41,787 nucleotides of DNA from the IMG/VR virus record IMGVR_UViG_3300025759_000197, positions 1 through 41,787 of that record. The stretch is one strand, 5' to 3'. How positions within the stretch are numbered: position 1 is the stretch's first letter; each line of letters starts with the position of its first letter. The position numbers and the translations under genes were made by a program. The DNA is from a virus (lineage: Duplodnaviria; Caudoviricetes). Positions 25,536 to 35,037 of this stretch are shown one piece after another. Under the pieces are notes generated by a model. That model was given only the letters and a program-made list of their open reading frames with translations, made no database searches and was not told the origin of the DNA.

Positions 25536-25693
25536 CCTACAGTTCATTATTTGATGACATAGATAAACCAAAAAGAAAAAGAAGAAAAAAAAGAACACCA
25601 AAACAATCTGTATTATGGACTGTGTATCATACAGTCTTGGCAGTTGAATTATTAATCATAATTATAATAGAAGGAATTGAGTTATTAAGATGA
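25532..25693 (+). CDS. Small membrane protein with basic patch
   Basis: ATGA-coupled start at 25532; KPKRKRRKK then hydrophobic helix. Confidence 0.6.
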   Translation: MTYSSLFDDIDKPKRKRRKKRTPKQSVLWTVYHTVLAVELLIIIIIEGIELLR

Positions 25694-26640
25694 GCTTATT
25701 TAAAACTAGAGCATACTACAAACCATTTGATTACGAATGGGCTTTTGAAGCATACGATATGCAACAAAAAATGCACTGGCTACCATCTGAAGTTCCTTTG
25801 CATGAAGATGTAAGAGATTGGAATGAAAGATTGTCTGAACCTGAAAAGAATTTAATAGGTCAGATATTAAAATTTTTTACACAAGGAGATGTAGATATAG
25901 CACAAGCCTATTTAGATAAATACATTCCAATGTTTAAACCACCTGAAGTTAGAATGATGTTATCTGCAATAGCTTCTAGTGAAGCAAACCACGCACATAG
26001 TTATTCATTATTAAATGATACGATTGGTTTACCAGATAAAGAGTATCAAGCATTCCATGAATATAAACAAATGGCTGATAAGCATGAGTATCTTTTTAAA
26101 TCTAAAGGAAAAGGTATAGAAGGATTAGCTAGAGAGATAGCTTGTTTTTCTGCATTTGGTGAAGGATTACAACTGTTTGCATCTTTTGCTATGCTTCTTA
26201 ATTTCCAAAGATATGGAAGAATGAAGGGAATGTGTCAGATAGTTACTTGGAGTATTAGAGATGAGACACACCACGTTGAAAGCATGATTAAATTGTTTCA
26301 TCAATTAATAAAAGAAAACCCAAATATTTGGACAGAAAAATTTAAAGCAAGTATCTATCAAACAGCTAGAGATATGGTTGACCTTGAAGATAAATTTATT
26401 GATTTAGCTTTTGATATGGGTGGTATTAGAGGTTTGAAACCAGAAGAAGTTAAACAATATATTAGATATATAGCTGATAGAAGACTTCTACAGTTGTCTT
26501 TAAAACCAAATTATAAAGTAAAAGATAATCCACTTGGTTGGTTAGAATGGGTATTAAATGGTGTAGAACACGCTAATTTCTTTGAGAATAGAGCAACTGA
26601 ATATAACAAAGGTACTGTAACAGGTAATCTTTGGGAGTAA
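25690..26640 (+). CDS. nrdB: Class I ribonucleotide reductase beta subunit
   Basis: HWLP.EV, FFTQGD, EANHAHSY, EGLQLF, RDETHH, NFFE.R.TEY. Confidence 0.96.
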   Translation: MSLFKTRAYYKPFDYEWAFEAYDMQQKMHWLPSEVPLHEDVRDWNERLSEPEKNLIGQILKFFTQGDVDIAQAYLDKYIPMFKPPEVRMMLSAIASSEANHAHSYSLLNDTIGLPDKEYQAFHEYKQMADKHEYLFKSKGKGIEGLAREIACFSAFGEGLQLFASFAMLLNFQRYGRMKGMCQIVTWSIRDETHHVESMIKLFHQLIKENPNIWTEKFKASIYQTARDMVDLEDKFIDLAFDMGGIRGLKPEEVKQYIRYIADRRLLQLSLKPNYKVKDNPLGWLEWVLNGVEHANFFENRATEYNKGTVTGNLWE

Positions 26641-26655
26641 AGTTTCACTTTTAGA
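26638..26655 (+). promoter_or_regulatory. Putative late phage-RNAP promoter for the virion operon
   Basis: TAAAGTTTCACTTTTAGA at the boundary between metabolic and structural modules. Confidence 0.8.
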
Positions 26656-26840
26656 TGAAAAACATTGACGAAGATTTGGTTTTACCTACAAAAGTAGACG
26701 ACCTAATTAAATTGTTAAACAAAGTTTACCCAGAAAAATCACCTGAATTGAAAGATGATACTAAAACTATTTATTTTAAAGCAGGTCAAAGGGACGTGGT
26801 TAAATTTATCAATACTTTAAAAGAGAGGACAGAGAAATAA
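26655..26840 (+). CDS. Conserved small hypothetical protein
   Basis: L...YP..P, AGQRDVV motif; usual pre-portal position. Confidence 0.7.
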   Translation: MKNIDEDLVLPTKVDDLIKLLNKVYPEKSPELKDDTKTIYFKAGQRDVVKFINTLKERTEK

Positions 26841-26841
26841 T

Positions 26842-27060
26842 ATGTGTTCAAGACCAAAAATGCCACCACCACCAAAAGCTCCACCTATGCCTGTGAATAC
26901 TTCACAGACTGTTGGAGAAGAAACTGCACCAGAGTTAGTTACAGCTAACGAGCAGGATTTAAACATCAAAAAGAAAAAAGTTAAAAAGTCAGGTACAACT
27001 GCTTTAAACACTACTTCTGGTTTAAATATTGGTACAAGTGGTTCTAATTATACAGCATAA
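26842..27060 (+). CDS. Small virion protein (T7 gp6.7/gp7.3-like position)
   Basis: MC..PK.PPPP N-terminus, GLNI near the C-terminus; precedes portal. Confidence 0.65.
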   Translation: MCSRPKMPPPPKAPPMPVNTSQTVGEETAPELVTANEQDLNIKKKKVKKSGTTALNTTSGLNIGTSGSNYTA

Positions 27061-27064
27061 ATAG

Positions 27065-28624
27065 ATGGAATATACAGGTGAATTAACTAAACAACAGACA
27101 GCTAAAGAACGATACAATAAGTTAATTACTAACAGAGAACACTTTTTAGATAGAGCAGAAGAATGTAGTGAGTTAACTATTCCTTCTCTAATTAAGCCTG
27201 ATGGTTTTACATCATCAAGCGATTTATACAATCCCTTCCAATCAGTTGGTGCAAGAGGCGTCAACAATTTAGCAAGTAAACTTCTTTTACTTTTGCTTCC
27301 CCCAAATTCCCCATTTTTTAGATTATCAATAGCAGGAGAAGCTAAAAAAGAACTAGAAGAAAATAAAGAAATGAAGACTGACATAGAGAAATCTTTGTCT
27401 GTTATTGAAAAAGAAGTATCAAGTAAAATAGAACAACTTGCATTAAGAGTTTCAGTATTTGAAGCATTAAAACATTTAATAGTTGGTGGAAACGTATTAA
27501 CTTATTTACCTAAAAAAGGTTCAATGAGAGTATACCCACTATCTCAATATGTAGTTAAAAGAGATGGTTCAGGAAACGTATTAGAAATAATTATTAAAGA
27601 AGAAGTTAGTGTTTTATCTTTAGGAAAAGAAATAGCGGCACAAGTTATTTCAGACCCAGAATATAAACAAGATGAAGATTGTGAAATATATACACACATC
27701 TACAAATTAGATGACAATGATTTCTATGTTTGCCAAGAAGTAAAAGGTATTAAAATTCCATCAAGTATTGGTAAATTTAAAAAAGAAAGAATGCCTTATC
27801 AAGCATTAAGAATGGTAAGAGTTGATAATGAAGATTATGGTAGAGGGTACGTTGAAGAATTTTTAGGTGATTTAAAATCATTAGAAGGTTTATCACAAGC
27901 ACTTGTAGAAAGTGCGGCGGCTTCATCTAAAATAGTATTTATGGTTAGACCTAACAGTGTAACTAGAAAGAAAGATTTAGCACAAACTAGAAATGGTGAT
28001 ATTATTACAGGAACGCAAGATGATGTTTCAGTATTACAAGCACAGAAACAATATGATTTACAAGTAGTAGAAAAATCTATTGCTAAATTAGAAGAGAGAA
28101 TGTCTTACGCATTCTTATTACACACAGCAATACAAAGAGATGCTGAAAGAGTAACAGCACAAGAAATTAGATACATGGCTGAACAACTGGAAACAGCTAT
28201 GGGTGGTATATATTCATTATTATCACAAGAGTTCCAACTTCCATTAGTAGCAATACTTATGAAAAGAATGGAACAAGCAAATGAAATTCCAGTATTACCT
28301 AAAGGAACAGTACAGCCAACTATTATTACTGGTATTGAAGCATTAGGTAGAGGAAATGATTTACAAAAATTAAGAGAATTTGTTGCTGAAATTGCACAAC
28401 TCGCACAAATAAATCCGCAAGTTGTTTCAGCATTAAATCCTGATGATTTAATTAAACGTATCGCTATTGGTCTAGGCATTGATACTGATGGTTTATTAAA
28501 ATCACCAGAAGAATTACAAGCTGAACAAGAAGCACAAGCTGAACAAGCAGAGCAACAGCAAGTAATGCAAATGGCAGAGAAGGCGGTTGCACCAGTTGCA
28601 AATAATTTATCTAAACCGCAATAA
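27065..28624 (+). CDS. Portal / head-tail connector (T7 gp8-like)
   Basis: QSVGARGVNNLASKL, YGRGYVEE, ERVTAQEIR, GIEALGRG. Confidence 0.97.
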   Translation: MEYTGELTKQQTAKERYNKLITNREHFLDRAEECSELTIPSLIKPDGFTSSSDLYNPFQSVGARGVNNLASKLLLLLLPPNSPFFRLSIAGEAKKELEENKEMKTDIEKSLSVIEKEVSSKIEQLALRVSVFEALKHLIVGGNVLTYLPKKGSMRVYPLSQYVVKRDGSGNVLEIIIKEEVSVLSLGKEIAAQVISDPEYKQDEDCEIYTHIYKLDDNDFYVCQEVKGIKIPSSIGKFKKERMPYQALRMVRVDNEDYGRGYVEEFLGDLKSLEGLSQALVESAAASSKIVFMVRPNSVTRKKDLAQTRNGDIITGTQDDVSVLQAQKQYDLQVVEKSIAKLEERMSYAFLLHTAIQRDAERVTAQEIRYMAEQLETAMGGIYSLLSQEFQLPLVAILMKRMEQANEIPVLPKGTVQPTIITGIEALGRGNDLQKLREFVAEIAQLAQINPQVVSALNPDDLIKRIAIGLGIDTDGLLKSPEELQAEQEAQAEQAEQQQVMQMAEKAVAPVANNLSKPQ

Positions 28625-28637
28625 TTAAGGAAACACA

Positions 28638-29399
28638 ATGGTAGAACAAGTAACAATAAATAAAGAAGAAGAAACTACTAGCGAAAAGCCAGTAGAGGAG
28701 CAGTCTACACAAAGTAAACCTGAAGGCTTACCTGAAAAATTCAACAGTGTTGAAGATTTAGCAAAGTCATATTCAGAGTTAGAAAAGAAACTTGGTGAAC
28801 AAACTCCAAAAGAAGAAGTAGACCCAACAAGTAAGGCTACTTTAAAAGAAGATGCACCTAAAGAACAAAAAGGTGAATTAGATATTGCTGAAAAAGCAGT
28901 AGCTAGTGCAGGTTTAAATATGGAAACCTTGTCAAATGAGTATGCTGAAAAAGGTGAGTTAGATACAAAATCTTATGAAGCATTAGAAAAAGCAGGAATA
29001 CCTAAAGATTATGTTGACCAATTTATTGAAGGTCAAAAAGCAATAGGTGAAAAGCAAACTAATACAGTTAAAGAATTAGTTGGTGGTAATGATGCTTATT
29101 CTGAAATGGCAAACTGGGCGGCTGATAATTTAACAGACGCAGAGAAAAACGCTTATAACACAGCAGTTAATTCTAAAGATTTAGAAACTGCAAAGTTAGC
29201 AGTAGTAGGATTAAAAGCAAAATTTGAAAAAGCTAATGGTTCAGAACCTACTTTATTAGATGGCAAAATAGCATCTTCAGGAGAAGCAGGTTATAAATCT
29301 TGGGCTGAAGTTACTAGAGCAATGTCTGATGATAGATACCAAAAAGACCCTGCTTATCAAGCGGCAGTAAAAGATAAACTTTCTAAATCGGAGTTATAA
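28638..29399 (+). CDS. Capsid scaffolding protein (T7 gp9-like)
   Basis: Acidic; LAKSYSELEKKLG, VGG..Y..M.WA, AMSDDRY.KDPAY. Confidence 0.92.
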   Translation: MVEQVTINKEEETTSEKPVEEQSTQSKPEGLPEKFNSVEDLAKSYSELEKKLGEQTPKEEVDPTSKATLKEDAPKEQKGELDIAEKAVASAGLNMETLSNEYAEKGELDTKSYEALEKAGIPKDYVDQFIEGQKAIGEKQTNTVKELVGGNDAYSEMANWAADNLTDAEKNAYNTAVNSKDLETAKLAVVGLKAKFEKANGSEPTLLDGKIASSGEAGYKSWAEVTRAMSDDRYQKDPAYQAAVKDKLSKSEL

Positions 29400-29401
29400 T
29401 A

Positions 29402-29620
29402 ATGTTTTTATTAGCGTTAAGGAAGCAGTATGAAGCAGATGTTGCTGAAGCTACAGCAGTCATTGATACGTTTTTACAAAAAGCGGTTGGTGTTGCAGAC
29501 CATGATAATTTTATGAAAAGTTTAAGAACAAACTTTGATAAATTAGTACATGCTAAACATGCTATTTCTGAAATTGATGAAATAACTAAAAACTCAAAGG
29601 AAACAAATGGCAAAAAATAG
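29402..29620 (+). CDS. Hypothetical protein
   Basis: ORF track; SD GGAG; VGVADH motif. Confidence 0.7.
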   Translation: MFLLALRKQYEADVAEATAVIDTFLQKAVGVADHDNFMKSLRTNFDKLVHAKHAISEIDEITKNSKETNGKK

Positions 29621-29735
29621 TCTTTATGGAAACATAAATAAAAGAAAACGAGCAGGTACTTCTCGTCCAAAATCAAAAAGTACAATAAGTGCAAAATCTT
29701 ATTCTAATATGAAAAAAGGTTTTAAGAAAAAATAG
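29607..29735 (+). CDS. Small basic protein (42 aa), not in ORF track
   Basis: SD AAAGGA; MAKNSLYGNINKRKRAGTSRPKSKSTISAKSYSNMKKGFKKK*. Confidence 0.7.
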   Translation: MAKNSLYGNINKRKRAGTSRPKSKSTISAKSYSNMKKGFKKK

Positions 29736-29869
29736 TTGTGCAACGCTTATGCGTGGCAACTGCCAATACAATTTAGCCAAATAACTTGACCTACTGCGGT
29801 AGACAATCTTGACTAAATAACTGAATTGAAGAGGCTTTTATAAACTAACATCAAAAAGGAGACAATCAC

Positions 29870-30853
29870 ATGTCAAACGCAAGTCCAGTTAAATTCGGAA
29901 ATGCTAATAGTGGTTCTACTCGTGATGATGCTCTGTTTCTAAAAGTATTCGCAGGTGAAGTAATTACTTCATTTGATAGAGCTTCAAAAACAGCAGGTGC
30001 AGATATGGTAAGAAGTATCTCATCTGGTAAGTCAGCAACTTTTCCTGTTATGGGAAGAATTGGTGCAGAGTATCACGCAGTTGGAGCTGAAATATTAGGT
30101 TCTGCAGTTAACTCAAACGAAAAGGTTATTACAATTAATGACCTTTTAATATCTTCTGTATTTATTTCAAATATTGAAGAAGCAAAGTCTCATTGGGACG
30201 TAAGAAGTGCATACTCTACTGAAATGGGTAGAGCATTATCTTTCCAAAAAGATAAGCATATCTTACAAACAATCGGACAAGCATCTCTAGCTAGTGCAAA
30301 CGTAACTGGTGGAGACGCTACAACTAACGTAGTAAACACAGGCATTGCTTCTGCTACAGACGCAACTGCGGCTAACGCAATGATAGATGCTATCTTTGCG
30401 GCGGCTAAAGAGCTTGACGCAAACTACGTTCCTTCAGAAGGCAGAAAATGCTTTATGAGACTAGAAGAATACTACAAATTAGCAAACGCTACTAATGCAG
30501 TCAATGTTGACTTCACAGGTAATGCTAATGGCGGTATCGCTTCTGGTAAAGTTATGAAAATTGCAGGAATTGAATTAGTACCAGTTCCTCATTTTGTAGC
30601 TTCTAATGTATCGTCAGGTGTAGACGCAGGTTCAGCAACTAACGCAGGTTCAACTCCACAAGCAGTTAACCTATCAAACTTTGTTGCTCTTGTATCTCAC
30701 CCTTCAGCAGTAGGAACTGTTAAGCTAATGGATTTAGCTGTTGAAAAAGAGTACGACATAAGAAGACAAGGTACGTTAATGGTTGCTAAATACAGCATGG
30801 GTCATGGTGTATTAAGACCAGAAGCGGCAGTCGGAATTAAAGAAGCGGCATAG
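29870..30853 (+). CDS. Major capsid protein (T7 gp10-like)
   Basis: ALFLKVFAGEV, ISSGKSATFPVMGR, AVGTVKL, KYSMGHGVLRPEAA; SD AAGGAG. Confidence 0.97.
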   Translation: MSNASPVKFGNANSGSTRDDALFLKVFAGEVITSFDRASKTAGADMVRSISSGKSATFPVMGRIGAEYHAVGAEILGSAVNSNEKVITINDLLISSVFISNIEEAKSHWDVRSAYSTEMGRALSFQKDKHILQTIGQASLASANVTGGDATTNVVNTGIASATDATAANAMIDAIFAAAKELDANYVPSEGRKCFMRLEEYYKLANATNAVNVDFTGNANGGIASGKVMKIAGIELVPVPHFVASNVSSGVDAGSATNAGSTPQAVNLSNFVALVSHPSAVGTVKLMDLAVEKEYDIRRQGTLMVAKYSMGHGVLRPEAAVGIKEAA

Positions 30854-30866
30854 TCCCTCTTTACTT

Positions 30867-30905
30867 ACATTGGGCGGAGATTAACACTGACAATCCGCCC
30901 AGTGT
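30867..30905 (+). terminator. Strong hairpin after the capsid gene (Tphi-like position; terminator or processing site)
   Basis: ACATTGGGCGGA/TCCGCCCAGTGT 12-bp stem; lacks an adjacent U-tract. Confidence 0.5.
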
Positions 30906-30933
30906 TCAAACAAAATTTTAATACAAAGGACAG

Positions 30934-31542
30934 ATGACAACACAAATTACACCCACAAGTGAATTACAAGCTGTGAATATAATGCTCTCTACAATAGGAG
31001 AAGCACCAGTAAACAGTATCACTGGAACTACTACAGTTGATGTAGGTACAGCAAAAAATATTTTAAATGAAACATCTATGTCCATTCAATCACAAGGGTG
31101 GAATTTTAACTCACACATTAATTACTCATCTTTAACTTTAGATAGTGATAACAAAGTTCCCCTACCTTCAAACTGCGTTAAAGTTGACGCAAATTCCCAA
31201 CACAGATATTTAAACTACACATTAAGAGATGGTTTTCTATATGATATGGATAACCATACAGATGTATTTACTTCTGCACCTGCTTCAGTTGATATGGTTT
31301 TAGTACAACAATTTGAACATTTACCAGAATACGCTAGACAATATATTACAATGAAAGCGGCTAGAAGATTTGCGGCAAGATTTGTTGGTGATAAAGAAAT
31401 TACACAATTAATTGGTCAAGATGAACAAGAAGCATTAATGGCATTCCATCAAGCAGACAGCCAAGAGAGTGATGTAAATATACTTGATGGAGACAGTAAT
31501 ACATTTTCTATAATACATAGACCTACTAGAAGGAACTACTAG
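30934..31542 (+). CDS. Tail tubular protein A (T7 gp11-like)
   Basis: ELQAVNIMLSTIGEAPV, QSQGWNFN, LPEYARQYI. Confidence 0.93.
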   Translation: MTTQITPTSELQAVNIMLSTIGEAPVNSITGTTTVDVGTAKNILNETSMSIQSQGWNFNSHINYSSLTLDSDNKVPLPSNCVKVDANSQHRYLNYTLRDGFLYDMDNHTDVFTSAPASVDMVLVQQFEHLPEYARQYITMKAARRFAARFVGDKEITQLIGQDEQEALMAFHQADSQESDVNILDGDSNTFSIIHRPTRRNY

Positions 31543-31544
31543 CT

Positions 31545-34055
31545 ATGGGCGGTGTTGTTTCACAATCTATTCCTAACTTCTTAAATGGTATGTCTCAACA
31601 GACACCTACTCAAAGAGGATTAAATCAAGGAGAAGACCAAGTTAATTTACAAAATGGTTTAGTAGATGGTTTATCTAAAAGACCACCTTTAGATTATGTA
31701 GCAACAGTAGATGCTTCAAATATATATTCTAATAAAACTAAATTTTGGAATATACAAAGAGATGATGCTAACCAATACATTGTAGCATTATACAATGGTG
31801 GTATTAAAGTATTTGATTTAGATGGTAATTCAAAAACTGTTACTATACAAAGTGGTTCAGGTTATTTAACTTCTACTAATCCTAAACAACATTTTAAATT
31901 AGTAAATATTGCTGACTATACTTTTATAGCAAATACACAAACTACTGTAACTGCTGACAGCACAACGTCTGCGGCTAAAGTAGAAGAATTTTTAATTGTT
32001 TGTAAATTAACAAACTATGGTAGGGAATATAAAGTAGCATTAAATCACCCTAACATGTCCTATGAACATGAAGTAGTGTTTCAATTACCTTCAGGTAATG
32101 ATGCTTCTACTGATAGTAAATTTAGAGATACAAACAAAATTACAGATATATTATTAAATGGGACATCTAGTTCACACTGGGATAGTGCGGCTGATGGTAT
32201 TGGATTTAAAACTATTAGAACAGATACAGGTGCAACTTTATCTAGTTCACAAGGATTAGCAAATTATTCAGGAATAACATCTCATTTTACATTTGAAGCA
32301 TTTGATAGTGTTATTTATGGAAAACCTACAGGTACAGTTTCATCACCAAACACACTAGCTGATTATACAATAAGTTCATCAGATGGTTCTGGTAATACAG
32401 CTATGTACGCTATCAGAGATGAAATACAAGATTTTAGTAAATTACCTTTTTATGGAAAGAAAGATGTAATTATAAAAGTAACTGGTGAAGAAGGAGATAC
32501 ATTATCAGATTACTATGTTAAATTTACAGGTAAGTCTGGTGTATGGAATGAAACTATAGCACCTGCTACTTCTGTAGGATTAACTAATTCTACAATGCCA
32601 CACGCATTGATTAACAATAATAATGGTACATTTACTTTTAAAGAATTAGATTGGACAGATAGAGTATGTGGAGACATTGAAACAAATGCTAATCCAACTT
32701 TTGTTGGTAAAAAGATTAATAACCTTACATTTTATAAAAATAGATTAGGTATTTTATCAGGAGAAAATTTAGTATTAACAGAAAATGCTTCTTTCTTTAA
32801 TTACTTTGCAACTACATCTACACAAGTTTTAGATACTGACCCTATTGATATAGCGGCTTCAGGTACACAAGTTAATACACTTAAAAACTCTGTAGGATTT
32901 AATGAAAGTTTATTATTATTTTCTGATACAGCACAATATAAATTAGATAGTTCAGGTGAAAGTATATCACCTACAACAGCTATACTTAATGAAGTATCTT
33001 CATTTGAACATGATGATAAAGTAACACCAGTTTCAGCAGGTAAGTTCGCTTACTTTGCACAAGCTAGAACAAACAATACAGCAATAAGAGAATACTTTGC
33101 TGATGATGACACACTAACAAATGATGGTTTAGATATAAGTGTATCAGTACAAAATTTAATTCCATCTAATACTTATCAAATTATAAGTAATACTACAGAA
33201 GACACATTGGTATTTCTTTCTTCTGATGACGCAGACACACAGACTGCACCATATACAGGCACAGCTTCAGCTACAAATGCTAGTACAATGATTATCTATA
33301 AGTATTTCTTTGATGGTGGAGAGAAAGTACAAAACGCTTGGTCTAAATGGACATTTACAGGTGTTAAAATTATTGGTGTTATGTCTTTAGAAAGTTATCT
33401 TTATGTATTAGCTTCTGAAGGTACTACTACAAAATTATTTAAACTAGATTTAAGAAACTTAAAAGATACTACTATAGGTCATGGTGTTTATCTTGACCTT
33501 AAAACTTCAGTTTCAGGAACGTATGATGCCGCAACAGGTCTAACTACGTTTACTTCACCTTATGGTGCAAAGACTGGATTGTTAGCTGTAGATAGAACAA
33601 ATGGAAATAACTACACAGCTACAAACACAAGTGGTTCCACTTACACAATCAAAGGTAATCACACTTCATTATACATTGGTGTGCCTTATGAAAGTAAATA
33701 CAGATTATCTACACCTTATATTAGAGAAAATACTGGTAGAGGTTTAGTAGCTATTACTACAGGTAGATACCAAATTAGAAATATATTATTTAATTTTGAA
33801 AACAGTGGGTTCTTTCAAGTGGAAGTAACTCCAACAAATAGAGATAAATCAACTTCAATAATGAATGGATATGTCATTGGTACATCTTCATCTATTGTTG
33901 GACAACCTGCTATAGCTTCAGGAACATTAAGAGTTCCAGTACAAGCACAAAATACAGAGTTTGTATTAGATGTTAAATCATCTTCTCATTTACCTATGTA
34001 TATCGCAGGTGCAGAAGTTGAAGGTTATTATCATAACAGAGCAAATAGGATTTAA
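31545..34055 (+). CDS. Tail tubular protein B (T7 gp12-like)
   Basis: SQSIPN...GMSQQ, GLSKRPP, TMPHAL, FYKNRLG, DPID, QNAWSKW. Confidence 0.95.
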   Translation: MGGVVSQSIPNFLNGMSQQTPTQRGLNQGEDQVNLQNGLVDGLSKRPPLDYVATVDASNIYSNKTKFWNIQRDDANQYIVALYNGGIKVFDLDGNSKTVTIQSGSGYLTSTNPKQHFKLVNIADYTFIANTQTTVTADSTTSAAKVEEFLIVCKLTNYGREYKVALNHPNMSYEHEVVFQLPSGNDASTDSKFRDTNKITDILLNGTSSSHWDSAADGIGFKTIRTDTGATLSSSQGLANYSGITSHFTFEAFDSVIYGKPTGTVSSPNTLADYTISSSDGSGNTAMYAIRDEIQDFSKLPFYGKKDVIIKVTGEEGDTLSDYYVKFTGKSGVWNETIAPATSVGLTNSTMPHALINNNNGTFTFKELDWTDRVCGDIETNANPTFVGKKINNLTFYKNRLGILSGENLVLTENASFFNYFATTSTQVLDTDPIDIAASGTQVNTLKNSVGFNESLLLFSDTAQYKLDSSGESISPTTAILNEVSSFEHDDKVTPVSAGKFAYFAQARTNNTAIREYFADDDTLTNDGLDISVSVQNLIPSNTYQIISNTTEDTLVFLSSDDADTQTAPYTGTASATNASTMIIYKYFFDGGEKVQNAWSKWTFTGVKIIGVMSLESYLYVLASEGTTTKLFKLDLRNLKDTTIGHGVYLDLKTSVSGTYDAATGLTTFTSPYGAKTGLLAVDRTNGNNYTATNTSGSTYTIKGNHTSLYIGVPYESKYRLSTPYIRENTGRGLVAITTGRYQIRNILFNFENSGFFQVEVTPTNRDKSTSIMNGYVIGTSSSIVGQPAIASGTLRVPVQAQNTEFVLDVKSSSHLPMYIAGAEVEGYYHNRANRI

Positions 34056-34534
34056 TGGTTAAAGAAAATTATGTACGTCCTGCTATATTAGCGGACTGTT
34101 TAGAATTAGCACCTAGAGTAAGAGTAGGTGATAGAAAAGAAATTATGGCTTCAGATGGTGTAACGCCATTGGAAGCATTAGTCTTACCTTTTACAGAAGA
34201 GAAAGCTAAAATTTATACAATAGTAGGAACTGAAAGCGAAGGTGTAATTGGTATGTTTGGTTCTTCTCCAACTAAATTAAAAGAGTATGGAGTAGTTTGG
34301 CTACTATCTAGTGAAAAACTTTTTAAACATGTAAAGCAATTTATTAAAGAGTGTCCTTATTGGGTAGCTCAAATGAGTAAAGATTATAAGTATGTTTACA
34401 ATTTCGTAGATGAAAGAAATTGGAAAGCATTAAAATGGTTACAATTTTTAGGATTTGAACCAACAGAAAAAATAGGGAAATTCGGTGTCGGTAAGATGCC
34501 ATTTTTATTAATGATGAAAGAGGTAAATAAATAA
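34055..34534 (+). CDS. Internal virion protein A (T7 gp13-like, GNAT-like fold)
   Basis: R..DRKEI, VWLL, YNFVDERN..ALKWLQFLGF. Confidence 0.85.
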   Translation: MVKENYVRPAILADCLELAPRVRVGDRKEIMASDGVTPLEALVLPFTEEKAKIYTIVGTESEGVIGMFGSSPTKLKEYGVVWLLSSEKLFKHVKQFIKECPYWVAQMSKDYKYVYNFVDERNWKALKWLQFLGFEPTEKIGKFGVGKMPFLLMMKEVNK

Positions 34535-35037
34535 TGTGTGATGTCCAAGCGGCTATTCAAGTAGCAGGATTAGTTCAAGGATATAGAGAAAAGAAAGCAC
34601 AGAATAAAGCTATTAGAAGAGACCAAGAGACTTCACGAAGAGGATTTGATAGAGGTTATTTACATGATATGAATAAGATTGACCAAGAGAAGGTCAATGC
34701 AGATAAAGAAAAGACTAAAGCAGAAATTAAATCTAAAGCAGAAAAGAATTTAGAAATATCACAAAAAACAAATTTAGGATTTGGCAATAGTACAAAAATA
34801 GTTCAATCAATCGGATATTTATTTGATGAAGATTGGGTTTCTATTACAAGTGATTACGACAAAGATGTTCAACAATTTCAAAATCAACAAACAGAAGCAT
34901 ACGCTAATCTTCACAAAAGCTATAACAGCTTAACTCCCCCAATAGACCCTTCAAGAACTGGATTAATGCTTGAAGTTGCAGGAGCTTCTTATAGTGGATA
35001 TCAAAGAAATGAAGCAAATAAAAAGGCTAAAACATAA
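34534..35037 (+). CDS. Internal virion protein B (gp14 position)
   Basis: MC-start, size and synteny. Confidence 0.7.
   Translation: MCDVQAAIQVAGLVQGYREKKAQNKAIRRDQETSRRGFDRGYLHDMNKIDQEKVNADKEKTKAEIKSKAEKNLEISQKTNLGFGNSTKIVQSIGYLFDEDWVSITSDYDKDVQQFQNQQTEAYANLHKSYNSLTPPIDPSRTGLMLEVAGASYSGYQRNEANKKAKT

Noticed and set aside
30820-30937. T7 10B-like frameshift or TAG read-through extension of the capsid protein
   Set aside because: No clear slippery sequence; read-through would add only about 27 residues across a hairpin, with no domain.
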